NCBI GenBank assembly: GCA_030141605.1
Contig: JAQGDQ010001188.1
Location: 1 to 56,606, forward strand
DNA: 56,606 bases
Direction: 5' to 3'
DNA from: Tubiluchus corallicola
Lineage: Eukaryota > Animalia > Priapulida
Shown: positions 14,304-27,437 of the stretch, piece after piece
Position numbering within the stretch: the stretch's first letter is position 1
Layout: every line of letters begins with the position of its first letter
Made by a program: the position numbers and the translations under genes
The notes under the pieces: generated by a model
Database searches by the model: none
What the model was told of the DNA's origin: nothing
The model's input: only the letters and a program-made list of their open reading frames with translations

Positions 14304-14763
14304 CCGTATTTTCCCGTGTATAAGAGACCCTTTTTTGCTCAGAATTTTCACTTTAAAAATAGGGGGTCTCTTATACATGGGAGTAAGTCTTTTCAATAAG
14401 ATGCATAAATTGTGACACTAATGATTTTAAAGAAATAAGTGCTCTACAAGTGCCTCAAGGCATGGAATGGTGTAAAGCCAGAGGTCATTATTAAATCTTT
14501 CAAGAAGTGTGGCATCTCCAATGCCATGGACGGCACAGAGGACAATGCCATTTTTGAGCAGAGTGACTCCTCTGATGATGAACTGGCTGGAATTGCTGAA
14601 GGTCTGACTCCAGTTGATATTTTTGATGAGAGTGATGAGGAATTTAATGATTTCTATGATGAATAAAGTTATTCATTACCAAAAAACTTTTTTCCAGAAT
14701 TTTTGCCTAAAAATTGAAGGGGTCTCTTATACACAAGGGTCTCTTATACACGGGAAAATACGG
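14304..14763 (+). mobile_element. pogo/Tigger-family internally deleted transposon with transposase C-terminal remnant
   Basis: TIR ccgtattttcccgtgtataagagaccc, TA TSD; internal AWNGVKPEVIIKSFKKCGISNAMDGTED plus acidic tail, typical of pogo transposase C-termini. Confidence 0.88.
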
Positions 14764-15034
14764 TATATACGTACACCAAGTAGAAAACTTTCACATTATG
14801 TGCTCTGTTGCCGTTCAAAGCCAAGATTTATAAAACAATTATTCAGTAAAAATGGTAACTAAATTTTAATTTTTAATCCTTGTAGATGCATGTTTTTATA
14901 TATCAACATGCATCCTTGTAGATGCAAGTGTTTTTATATATCAACATGCATGTTTTTGAATTGATATTTTAAATTTGCAGGCGTTTGTGAAGTTCCATTA
15001 ATGTGTCATCACTCATACTGTAAATTCAAATAAA

Positions 15035-15267
<233 letters not shown>

Positions 15268-15269
<2 letters not shown>

Positions 15270-15590
15270 ATTCTGCTTACGGCAGAATATTCTTAGTTCA
15301 TCTCCAGTTTTTATTATTATTCCACCGTTTTGTTTCTTTACTAACTCACACACGTACAGGGCTACTACGTTCACGAAACTCCTCGGGTAGCGGGATTATG
15401 TTTATACTTGGCCCTGGGTCAAAGGTCACGGAGCCATCTGGTTTCTGTTTTTTCCTTAGGCTCGATCTCCAACAGTTTTTGAGCTAGGGCCACATTTTTG
15501 GTATATTGTTTGGAGTTGTTGTGCACGGCTGAATATGAGCCATTTACATTTGGGAACATTATTCGGTGGGGCAAAAACCAAAATCTCTCT

Positions 15591-15644
<54 letters not shown>

Positions 15645-15667
15645 CCTCCCTCCCTCCCTCCCTCCCT

Positions 15668-15725
<58 letters not shown>

Positions 15726-16593
15726 AACCAAAATTGTGGGTCATGTAGATAAATACTTTTCATCGTCCCACAGCAGCAGGTTGTAGTACAGTGAATGAAA
15801 GACATCAATATGACTAAGTGAGTGGTATACGGACCCAGTGCATATAAGTCCCCCCTGCATTCGTTGACCCTTGGACCCAGAGGTCAAGGGTAAAATGGAA
15901 GTTCAAGTTTTATTGTCTTATAACACATCAAATGAAGGGTCTCAATGAGACGAATTGAATGATATGACCTAAGCTTAGACTGGTCAACCACTGACCCCAC
16001 TAGAGGACAATAAGTGAAATTGTCTAGCAGTGATATAAATGTTTCCTCTGTCAAGCAACGGAAGGTTGCAATACATCAAATGAAAGGTCTTGATAAGAGA
16101 AATTGAAACCCGTATTTGTTTGAGCCTTGTTGACCCACAGTTCCACTGGTCAAAAAGTGACAAGCTCTGATTTCATTGAAAATACATACAGTGTTGTTAA
16201 TTATTTTGAAAAGAATTTTTATTTGTAAATGCAAAACAAAAGCTGTCATTAAAGCATCTCCTGTCACAAAAGCAGAATCTCACCACAGTTTTTGACACAG
16301 TCAACCAGTCTTCTTCTTCTTCCTCTTCGAGACTACAGCTCGGACGACGACACCATTTGCGGCGATTTATACATCAAACGAAAGGTCTCGATCTGGTGTC
16401 GCTTAGAAAACTGTTGACGCAAAGCCATTGTTATGACGTCATCCATTATGCTCTGTCTATAACCTTACAACTTTAATTCAGTAAAAGCTGCCGCTGCTGG
16501 CTTTGCGTTAGGAATATAAACGAACACAAGGTAGGATGTTCGCGCATTGTTGATTATAAATGGATTCAAAAGCAAAGCGGGGCGTTTGCTAGT
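15268..16593 (+). mobile_element. Probable Helentron/HINE-like non-autonomous element(s) with internal (CT)n
   Basis: 5' hairpin attctgc-ttacg-gcagaat, gcagaat repeated near 16271, 3' hairpin agcaaagcggggcgtttgct ending in ctagtt; sits inside TTA runs. Confidence 0.4.
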
Positions 16594-16710
16594 TATTATT
16601 ATTATTATTATTATTATTATCATCATCATCATCATCATCTGCTGCTGTTGCTGCTGCTGCTGCTGCTATTGCTACTAATGCTGCTACTGCTACTAATGCT
16701 GCTACTGCTG

Positions 16711-16769
<59 letters not shown>

Positions 16770-16887
16770 ACTGCTACTGCTGCTACTACTACTACTGCTG
16801 CTGCTGCTGCTACTGCTACTACTGCTGCTACTGCTACTACTACTACTACTACTACTGCTACTGCTACTGCTACTGCTACTGCTACTG

Positions 16888-16921
<34 letters not shown>

Positions 16922-16996
16922 AACTACAACTACAACTACAACTACTACCACAGCAACTACACGTATTATTAATATTGTTACATGTATTATTATTAT
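16593..16996. repeat. Compound trinucleotide microsatellite (TTA/TCA/CTG/CTA)
   Basis: Direct reading; ends just before the exon 3 acceptor. Confidence 0.95.
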
Positions 16997-17006
16997 TGTC
17001 CAACAG

Positions 17007-17366
17007 GAATTCCTATAAACCAAGTAACATTTAAAGGGCGTGTTGGCGATGATATTGAACTTGTTGTGAAATTCTGTTCTCAACCATCTTGCAGAGAAGC
17101 AGTGTGGGAGTGGGCAGATGGCGTTGCTAGCATAGCGTTCGGCAGCGAACCACCAGAAGATTCACGTATGGAAGTCAGCCTGATGCCTTACATACAAGAA
17201 GACGACGTACTGTGTTACATTGCTAAGTTATCTATATCTTCACTTGAAGAAGGTGATGAAGGAAATTATACTTTGACTGTTAAAGATAGCCACGGATACA
17301 AGACATTCGATGTTAACGTTACTGTTAGCGGTTACAGAGAAAAGGATACTCCATTTGAAGTCTATG
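17007..17366 (+). CDS. LRR-EGF-Ig-TM gene, exon 3: Ig-like (I-set-like) domain
   Basis: Acceptor caacag; VGDDIELVV...VWEW...LSISSLEEGDEGNYTLTV Ig pattern; donor TATG|gtaaga; phase 1-1. Confidence 0.85.
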
Positions 17367-17402
17367 GTAAGATTTTTTTACACTTCTACATGTGCCATGG
17401 TT

Positions 17403-17592
17403 CAGGGCCGGCCTTAAGCATAGGCAAACTAGGCAACCGCCTAGGGCCTCACCCTCCAGGGGGGCCTCACGCCGAGGTAACATTTTTTTGCTTTATGCGA
17501 ACATACTGCCTCCTCTCTCTCTCTCTTCTACTTCATTTGGTTCCACCAAATTCACTTCGCCTAGGGCCTCCAATTACCTAAGGCCGGCCCTG
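17403..17592 (+). mobile_element. MITE family A (7-bp TSD catggtt)
   Basis: Same TIRs as the 7072 copy; catggtt on both flanks; short internal CT run. Confidence 0.9.
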
Positions 17593-19064
17593 CATGGTTT
17601 TATGCTTTATTTTGTTCCAATGAAATAAAACCATTTTCATATAAAGCCCCTATTTAACATATTTTTATTACTGGTACAACAGTAATAAACCTTTTCACAG
17701 TTCCAGCGATTGATGAAGATCGTGAAAGTGTTTAAATGTACCAGACAACATATTTGTGTGCACTTGACGTCTCGCAGCCCATGCTATTGTAATAGTAACA
17801 GTTTTAACAATTAGCTAGAACCTTGCCTAATTTATTTTTTCTTGTTCCCAGGTAAGATTCAGCTAGTAAATCACTCTACGCACAGACTAATGCATAATTA
17901 AGTGAAGTCCACGTAAAACTAATGCTTTGCATTACCCACGCGTCACGCCACGAATGTTGTTAAGACGCGTTGCTGTGTACACTTGACCTTTGACCCGTTC
18001 TCATGTTCGCGATCATCAATCATTGGAACTGTGAAAAGGCTTATTACTTATGTAACACAACCTGTCTGTAGTCCAAAACTTTTTTGGTTAAATGACGCTT
18101 TTAATGGTCACAATGCGATCAATCAAGTAAGATAGTTCATTTTTCAAAATCATTACTACAAATGCACATTACAATATTCCCAGAAGTTTCCATCATGAAC
18201 TAAAGTTTCGTGTTCCTTTCGTTTTGTTTTTCCACGTTGCTTTTGACTTGTGTTAAACGTTCAGTTACAGACTGTAGCCTAACACTATCTCAGATATCTC
18301 TTACTGCAGTTGTTTTGCTAAAGTTTAATGATTGAGTTTATTTTGTATAACTTGTATATTTTGTTTTATCCGTTTTGTATAAATTGTGATATTTAAATCG
18401 TTTTTGAACTGTGTAATTGTGCAATTTCTAAATCAGGTTTTATATCTCCGTATTTTTTATGCTCCCAGTGTGCAGTATTTTTGTAATCTTTTCTGTTTGG
18501 GCTTTACGGTGACAAACAAAGTCATCATTTCTCTCAGCAGAACAGTTTATTGTTTGTGTACCATTTTCACGTCACGTGCCCCTTTGTCATTTACTTCATA
18601 TCTGACACTGAGACGCCATTACCCAAAATTATACATTTTATCTGAAACAAGACATATAAATTCCTTTAATAAACTGACTCATTTCTATCAAAAGGTCGAT
18701 TGCGATTACGTGAAATTAATGAGAGACTTGCAGTAAATAAAATAAATGACTAAATAAAATTTACATACATCGTTGGCATAAAATCGTGAGTTCACAGAAA
18801 CACGTCATCACTTGAACACATTGAAACTTGAATGACCGGAAATTGAATAGGATGCAAATATTGAAGCCAGATGTCGCCACTTGTAACTGTAAAACGCTAT
18901 ATTAAATTTAACAAAGAAAAATCCTTGACATTTTGTTTTGTGGACACTGGAAATAACTGATGCTCGTCCTTCGAATCGAATCGAACCATAGTGACAGGGA
19001 TAAAAGGTCAGTTTGGGAGGGGGGTTGTCATTGCTTTGATGAGCTCGAAGGTGACTGACTAGGC

Positions 19065-19460
19065 CAATTCTGGCCTGGAAACTTCTTTGGCACTTGGCAC
19101 AGGTGAGGCTGGGTGTTTGGACCTGTTATTGGGCAGTGTCACATGCCTTGCGTCTCCTGCGCTTCTCCTCTGCCTCCTCAATTCTTTTCGCCTCTGCTGT
19201 CTTAACCCCTGTGGTGATTTCACTCCGCCATGCTGAGCGATCTTGTGCAAGGGTTTCCATTGAGCGGATATCCGTGCTGAGCTCCTTGAGTGAGGCCTAC
19301 AAGGCTGTCTTTTAACGTTTCTTTGGTCGTCCAACCTTTCTCTTTCAAGACACAAGTTCTCCATAGAGCATCTTCTTTGGTATGCGGTTATCTGACATGC
19401 GAATCACATATCCTGCTCACCGAACTTGTGCTTTGAGGGGGAGTGTATGGATGCTGGGGA
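19065..19460 (-). mobile_element. Degenerate RTE-clade LINE fragment (ORF C-terminal region)
   Basis: Minus strand reads SIHT..KAQVR*AGYVIRMSDNRIPKKMLYGEL..KRKVGRPKKR and ETLAQDRSAWRSEITTG..EEKRRRRKA, with stops and frameshifts. Confidence 0.8.
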
Positions 19461-19597
19461 TAAATAAATAACTAATAGTTTTGTAATTGTTGGTTAAAAT
19501 GTTATCCACGTTAAATATTGAATTAATAATAATAATAACCATATTCTACTCAACCTCGTGTTCTTCTGCATCATACAATCTAGTTGTTCTTTTCCAG

Positions 19598-19711
19598 ACT
19601 TTAGCAGGTTGAAAGCTCTTTTCTCCGGGCCTGTTTCTGGAATAGCACTAGCATTCTTGATTCTCATTGTTGCCTTGGCAGCTCTACTGTACATCTATGG
19701 CGGCAGGCATG
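19598..19711 (+). CDS. LRR-EGF-Ig-TM gene, exon 4: transmembrane helix
   Basis: Acceptor ttttccag; GIALAFLILIVALAALLYIY; donor CATG|gtatgt; phase 1-1. Confidence 0.85.
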
Positions 19712-19780
19712 GTATGTTTATCTTTTCACTAAAGGTTCGATTCCATGTGCGCGGAAAGCGTGATGCGTGATCCGTAATGC

Positions 19781-20830
19781 GTGAAAACAAAGTTAAGGAA
19801 TTCAAGTGCTTTGTATATTAAGAAAAGGCTTATTAGGGTACATTGATAAACTTTCTTTTCTTAATTAGACTTTGGCAAGTGTTTGAAAATAAAGTTAATG
19901 GAATTGAACTGCTTTGTACATTAAAAGAAGGCTTATTAGGGTACATTGATAAACTTTCTTTTCTTAATAAGACTTTGGCAAGTGTTTGAAAATAAAGTTA
20001 ATGGAATTGAACTGCTTTGCACATTAAGAGAAGGCTTATTAAGGGTACACTGATAAACTTTCTTTTATTAATAAGACTTTGGCAAGTGTTTGAAAATAAA
20101 GTTAATGGAATTGAACTGATTTGCACATTAAGAGAAGGCTTATTAATGGTACATTGATAAACTTTCTTTTCTTAATAAGACTTTTTGCAAGTGTTTGGAA
20201 ATAAAGTTAATGGAATTGAACTGCTTTGCACATTAAGAGAAGGCTTATTAGGGTACATAGATAAACTTTCTTTTATTAATAAGGCTTTGACAAGTGTTTG
20301 AAAATAAAGTTAAAAGAATTGAACTGCTTTGTACATTAAAAGAAAGCTTATTAGGGTACATAGATAAACTTTCTTTCATCAATAAGACTTTGGCAAGTAT
20401 TTGAAAATAAAGTTAATTGAATTGAACTGCTTTGCACATTAAGAGAAGGCTTATTAAGGGTACATTGATAAAGTTTCTTTTCTTAATAAGACTTTGGCAA
20501 GTATTTGAAAATAAAGTTAATAGAATTGAACTGCTTTGTACATTAAGAGAAGGCTTATTAGGGTACATAGATAAACTTTCTTTTATTAATGAGACTTTGG
20601 CAAGTGTTTGAAAATAAAGTTAATGGAATTGAACTGCTTTGCACATTAAGAGAAGGCTTATTAAGGGTACATTGATAAACTTTCTTTTATTAATAAGTTC
20701 CATTTATTTGTAGCTCTGGTCATCAGCTTTGTGGCCAGAGGCACAAATATGGTCTATAATGCTGGATATAGGAGAATTTTTCAATTTTTTGCCAGTTCTA
20801 GACGAAATATCCAAATGTTCACAAATTCTT
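19781..20830 (-). repeat. ~103-bp tandem array (~9 copies) derived from a Penelope GIY-YIG 3' segment, plus adjoining unique Penelope remnant
   Basis: Unit matches 56010-56102; 20697-20830 matches 56103-56257. Confidence 0.85.
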
Positions 20831-21163
20831 AGTTTAAAATGCCTGGATGTTTTGTAATGGTAATCAGCATTTCAGCTGCTGCACTGAATTCCATAAATAA
20901 CACCAGACTGTAAAATTTGAGTACTTTGTGTTTAAATGGGAAGAAATAAGAGCCTAAATTATCGCCAGTTTTAACGCGATACATAGCTGAGTGTTGGGGT
21001 ACTGTTGTTTCACAATATGATAGATTTTGTTTTTCACTTGCAAAGAGGCCCACTGTATTTTTATAAATAGACTGTATGGCGGTTTTTTTTGGAAAAAACT
21101 ACTGTATTAAAGTACATTTTCTTGTTCTTTAGAAATACAGCAAGTTGAATTTTGTTTTCGCAG

Positions 21164-21600
21164 GTAGACCAAGAGAGGCGCATCTCACCACGCCCGTAAG
21201 CAGCAGCTTAGCATCTTTGTCAAGCTCCGGCCCGGAAAGCCCAGAAAGCCCAGTTCTACCAAGGTCTGCAGTTCTACCAAGCTCTGTCAAAAGCGAATAT
21301 TGTCAAACGGTGGTACCACTCAGGTCTGTACGGGGAATAGAATCGGATGCAGCCGAATTACAATTGGATATAGAATCGTCGACTTGTTCTACGTGCAGCA
21401 GTAGCCCAAGCACCGAATTTGATGTGCCTAGTGCAGTGGAGGAGAGAGACGCAATATCCGTAAGATCTCACGGTTCTGCTCAAAGACGGCCACGATACTT
21501 TGGGGCTTTGCCATTTCTGTTTCCGTTTGGCAATCTGCTGTTCGGCAGAAGGTGGTCACTTTGCTGTGATAATTGTGACAGTGCGTACTGTACTCCATAG
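21164..21600 (+). CDS. LRR-EGF-Ig-TM gene, exon 5: Ser/Pro-rich cytoplasmic tail and stop
   Basis: Acceptor ttttcgcag, phase 1 matches the TM exon; open to TAG at 21598-21600; total CDS 5667 nt (~1888 aa). Confidence 0.72.
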
Positions 21601-23045
21601 CAAACATTTTGCAAGTTTCACTTTGCTGTGATAATTGTGACAGTGCGTACTGTACTCCATAGCAAACATTTTGCAAGTTTCACTTTGCTGTGATAATTGT
21701 GACAGTGCGTACTGTACTCCATAGCAAACATTTTGCAAGTTTCACTTTGCTGTGATAATTGTGACAGTGCGTACTGTACTCCATAGCAAACATTTTGCAA
21801 GTTTCACTTTGCTGTGATAATTGTGACAGTGCGTACTGTACTCCATAGCAAACATTTTGCAAGTTTCACTTTGCTGTGATAATTGTGACAGTGCGTACTG
21901 TACTCCATAGCAAACATTTTGCAAGTTTCACTTTGCTGTGATAATTGTGACAGTGCGTACTGTACTCCATAGCAAACATTTTGCAAGTTTCACTTTGCTG
22001 TGATAATTGTGACAGTGCGTACTGTACTCCATAGCAAACATTTTGCAAGTTTCACTTTGCTGTGATAATTGTGACAGTGCGTACTGTACTCCATAGCAAA
22101 CATTTTGCAAGTTTCACTTTGCTGTGATAATTGTGACAGTCCGTACTGTACTCCATAGCAAACATTTTGCAAGTTTCACTTTGCTGTGATAATTGTGACA
22201 GTGCGTACGTACTCCATAGCAAACATTTTGCAAGTTTCACTTTGCTGTGATAATTGTGACAGTGCGTACTGTACTCCATAGCAAAGATTTTGCAGGTTTC
22301 ACTTTGCTGTGATAATTGTGACAGTGCGTACTGTACTCCATAGCAAACATTTTGCAAGTTTCACTTTGCTGTGATAATTGTGACAGTCCGTACTGTACTC
22401 CATAGCAAACATTTTGCAAGTTTCACTTTGCTGTGATAATTGTGATAGTGCGTACTGTACTCCATAGCAAACATTTTGCAAGTTTTACTTTGCTGTGGTA
22501 ATTGTGACAGTGCGTACTGTACTCCATAGCAAACATTTTGCAAGTTTTACTTTGCTGTGGTAATTGTGACAGTCCGTACTGTACTCCATGGTAAACATTT
22601 TGCAAGTTTCACTTTGCTGTGATAATTGTGACAGTCCGTACTGTACTCCATAGCAAACATTTTGCAAGTTTCACTTTGTTGTGATAATTGTGACAGTGCG
22701 TACTGTACTCCATAGCAAAGATTTTGCAAGTTTCACTTTGCTGTGATAATTGTGACAGTGCGTACTGTACTCCATAGCAAACATTTTGCAAGTTTCACTT
22801 TGCTGTGATAATTGTGACAGTGCGTACTGTACTCCATAGCAAACATTTTGCAAGTTTCACTTTGCTGTGATAATTGTGACAGTGCATACTGTACTCCATA
22901 GCAAACATTTTGCAAGTTTCACTTTGCTGTGATAATTGTGACAGTGCATACTGTACTCCATAGCAAACATTTTGCAAGTTTCACTTTGCTGTGATAATTG
23001 TGACAGTGCGTACTGTACTCCATAGCAAACATTTTGCAAGTTTCA
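21556..23045. repeat. 62-bp minisatellite x~24 overlapping the gene 1 stop codon
   Basis: Unit tcactttgctgtgataattgtgacagtgcgtactgtactccatagcaaacattttgcaagtt, near-identical copies. Confidence 0.97.
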
Positions 23046-23211
23046 GAACATCACACATTTTTACGCATAATTTTACTGTTACACTGTTTATGAAAATTAA
23101 CACTGATGTTAATGATAAATGTTTATTTGCACATACATACATGCAAGGACTCTATTTGCTGACTGATAATTATACACTGTATTTAGATATTTTTATATAT
23201 TTTTACACATA

Positions 23212-23770
23212 CAGTCAAACCTCGCTATAATGGACTTTAAGGGAGCGCTCAAAAAGTCCATTATACCGAGGGGTACCATATCTGAAGCCAGACTACCCTA
23301 CAATAGATACAATAGGATTATAGAAATTAACAGTAAAATGAAATAATGTTTATAATCGAACGTCAAACGGTTTTATTCAAATGCCATATTTGATACAAGG
23401 CTGAATCTATAATTTTGTTAGATGAATTAGTCAGCTACTGTCCAAAAGAATCTGTGATTTTTGCCTGTTTTTTCGCGCCAGCATCACTCGCACTCTTCGC
23501 GGTAATGTTCTGTTCTCGCTCAGCGATCAGATCGAGTGCGTCAATTCCTTTATTTAGACAGAAGTCTCGCACATGTCCGAGGTGCTCCATTATAGCGGGG
23601 GAGAAAATGCACTTGGGGAGCAGAAAATAAGTCCATTATAGCGAAAAGTCCATTATACTGAAGTCCAGTATACCGAGGGGATAAAAACAAAGAAAAACGG
23701 TAGCGGAGAAAACGTCCATTATATCGAGGGGTCCATTAAACCGAGGGTCCATTATAGCGAGGTTTGACTG
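23212..23770 (-). mobile_element. Tigger/pogo-derived non-autonomous element
   Basis: TIR cagtcaaacctcgctataatggac, TA TSD; minus-strand KKQAKITDSF motif typical of Tigger transposase C-termini. Confidence 0.88.
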
Positions 23771-24714
23771 TATTCATTAGTGTCAAAAATACGTACAATG
23801 CAAGACATATATACAATTGTAATTTTGAAATATAGTGACACTGCAGACAAACAAAACAATTACTGATAAAACAAATCTTATTAAATCTTCCTGTTAGTTA
23901 TTTTAGTTATTTAAATGAAAAGTTTAATGATTAGTATTTAAAATAAATTGTTATTCATTAGAACTCATTTTCAATGATATTATTATTACATGGTATGTTG
24001 TTCATCACGTCTTAAAAATGCTTTTTCAACATAATCATTAAATGCCTTAATTACTTACTAATGCCTTACTAAATCATCATTTCCATCAAGAATAAAAATT
24101 TATCAGCATCGTTCGTAAGAAAAAATTCTGACATAATTACATTGACGTTATTATATAATTTTCCTCTAAGATCATTGTAATATGGGCATTTTATAACAAA
24201 GTCTAATTCCTCTTCGATTTCATTTCTTAAACAGTATGAGCACATACGATTCTCAGCTGGGATTTTTCTCTAAGTTTAACGAACCTCCCTCTTTCAATAC
24301 ACAAAGTATGAGCACTGATTCTCAGTTTTGTAAATCTTGCTATAGCAAATTTGGAATAACCAATAAGTGAAGTAATGGCATTCTAGTTGATATCGTTTTT
24401 TGAAGGTTCGATACTTTCGCAGTTTGTTTTGTTCATTAGGTTTGTTATCATTATGGATTTCTTTTATCTAAAATAGGTTTGTTAACACAGCAAAACACGA
24501 AAGTTCTTTGCATAAGGTGTTTCTGCAGTCTCTATTTTCTAAAGAAGGAGAAAAAACAAAAAAAATACATAAATTTGCAGTAATGCAATTTGAACAAAAA
24601 CTACAGAAATTTGAACAAAAAAATTACGCAGAAAATGTCTATCTAATTAATAAACTTAGATTTACAAAAAATCTCTTACTTCATTCGTCTACAGAGAGAA
24701 AACTGTTTATGGTT

Positions 24715-25068
24715 TATGAAGCATGACATTAAATTTCTCATATAAAAATTGCATTATCCACTAATTACAAGTAAGTCTGCAATAACCAGTTGAGTCTGCC
24801 AGCAATTGCCCACCAGTCCCCTTTAGTTTTTGGCTCCCTCATGCGGGAAAAATAACAACGAATTATATGGGTAATTGGCTAATTTGCCTTATGAAGCATG
24901 ACATTAAATTTCTCATATAAAAATTACATTATCCACCAATTACAAGTAAGTCTCTGCAATAACCAGTTGAGTCTGCCAGCAATTGCCCACTTGTCCCCTT
25001 TAGTTTTTGGCTCCCTCGTGCGGGAAAAATAAAAAACGAATTATATGGGTAAATGGGTAATTTGCCCA
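24715..25068. repeat. Tandem duplication, ~175 bp x2
   Basis: tatgaagcatgacattaaatttctc at 24715 and 24890. Confidence 0.9.
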
Positions 25069-26324
25069 TTGCAAGGGTATAATCAGTTCCTCTAATTTCT
25101 TAAGTGAAAACGTTGTCTGATTATTTTAAACATGTTCAAAGCCATATACACATAACATATACTTAACAAAAGCAGTTCAACAAAACACAATATAAGATAG
25201 ATTAATAGTGCTGCCACCTAGGAGACACAATCAAAAGTCTACAGCTCAAAGTCACCCACAACTAACCCAAATCTGATTTTATTTTATGGTTTCTCACACA
25301 TTTCAAAAAATCAGCATCTGGTTGCAGAATAACCCAATGATTATACATTATATGAAAACAGGTTCATTATATTATCTTATATTATATATTATAATTTGTG
25401 ACACGCACACGCACACACACACATGCACACACACACACACACAAGTCCTCTTTATTTGCAGGCCGATGATTAATGATATAATTCATGTATCATGATATAT
25501 ATACAACAGGGTCAATTATAATTACGTCCTTAATATATTTACCACAAATTTTCTTATAAAACCTCTTAGCAATTATTTATAATAATTAAGGTCCATAATG
25601 ACAGAATTGATTCACTGGGATTGTTTAGATTACACTTTTAGGAAGGTATTAAAAATGACAAACTTTTCTACATGCATGATATACTTACAAATATATAAGA
25701 ACAAGAACTTTTGCTATAAAACCACGATAAATTTTGCCTGAGTTATACATATATGTATATAAATATATATAGATTTATATATATACATATAAATATAGTT
25801 TATGAACATATAAACATATATATATATATATATTAAACAAATATAAATATATGTATTTGTTTAATAAACTTGTTTAATTTGATGAAGTGTTTTCTGGTTT
25901 TCTCTACGAGCCTTCCGAGAGAAACAAAATACAACACTTACTATTTATTTTTTCAAGTGGACACAATATGTTAAGTGTAGACTGTTGAATAAACTTGGAA
26001 AAAATTAGCGCAGGGAACATTTTAAATAATCTTAATAAGATGTAACAAGATGGCGCACCAAATAAAATTATAGCAAATCAAAACAATGGTTATTGAATGC
26101 ATTGTGACCAGTGATTATCTTTTCTCCTGCGTTTTTTTTTGTTTTTCAATGTTCTGATGCAGCAAATTCATGCATTTTTAAATAAATGATCTATTAAAGG
26201 AAAGCAGGTCGACTTTTCACACCCTTCCATATTCTAAAGCACGAAAAAAAGCATGCACATTAACAGCAATATAAATGCCAAAGTGTTTCTCATAATTAGT
26301 AAAATAATTGGTAGAGTGGTTGCG

Positions 26325-26790
26325 TTAAAGTTTATTTATTCTTGTGGTTAAAGCTGCTTGCTGATTATTGTTGTGTATTGCGCGGCGTGTGAGGAGCCAC
26401 GATGGACATGGCAAACTATCAAGACTTTATTTAATAAACTACACATTTATTAAATATCAAACACAAGACGGAAAATATAAGAGGATAGTAATGCCAGCCC
26501 TCCGTCTTCAAGTCAGTTCCTAATCTCTCCCGAAGTGCGGGCCTCAAAACACTTTTGTCTAACTACCTAATGCGCCATGAGCTTCTGCGTATAAGGATTA
26601 CATCATCAATCTTTACTTCTGAGTCAGCCGGTCGAACATCAGCTGGTCACGTGATGCCACACCTAACTAGGCTTCTATCCACGACGATAGTTTAATCTTG
26701 GATCGTCAAGCATTTAATCTTGAATTATTAATTTAATAATCTAATCACCAATTTAATCAAAGTCACTATTTAACACAGCTTTCCTTTACT
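26325..26790 (+). repeat. Dispersed repeat R3 (LTR-like core)
   Basis: Inverted near-identical copy at 35820-36288; the core is bounded by TG...CA with AATAAA in the 35834-36224 orientation. Confidence 0.75.
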
Positions 26791-27437
26791 AATTAAATTA
26801 TAGACCAAACAAGTAATTAACACCTTGCGAGCTGAGCTAGTAACGACGTCACAACTAATCATAGTTTTGAACAGCACAAGCATTCCATGAGCATGTTGCA
26901 CGTATTTGCTAGAGCACAAATTGGAAGTACAGTGATACTGCACAACATTCAAGAATTCGGCAATTTCCAAATTTAAAAACTTAAATTTTAAGTTTACCGT
27001 TGTGCTCCGGCATGAGCTCTCGAACATGTGCGATACGTCACAACTGAACTACATGAGACATGGGAGGGACGGTGCCTGTTTTTCGCGCAACGCGTTTTAG
27101 AGATGCAGGCGCTAATGCCCATGTAATTAGGAAATGGCGAAACGCATGTAGCAGCAATGGACTAGCCGCACAAACGCGAAATTGCTTTTATGTCGTAATA
27201 ATTCTTTCACGTAAGTCATTCTTGAAAAAATGTTACGTTTCCTTTCAATATTTTATATTGTAGATAGTTTAGAACCATAGTTTAACACGATGTCCGGTTT
27301 TCCGTAAAATTTGTGCAGTTTTATGTTAAATTTTATTGAATTTATTATTCCTTGGTCTATGTGATACAATGGCATGCCTCTATTAAACTTACCTAGTAAG
27401 AATGCATAAACCCACATTTCTACTTCAGAGATTCTTA

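Noticed and set aside
21290-21316. ITIM in the cytoplasmic tail (SEYCQT)
   Set aside because: Thr at Y+3 does not fit the I/L/V consensus.
21556-23045. CRISPR-like arrays (also 30479-31158 and 43652-44754)
   Set aside because: Head-to-tail repeats with no unique spacers, no cas genes, eukaryotic context.
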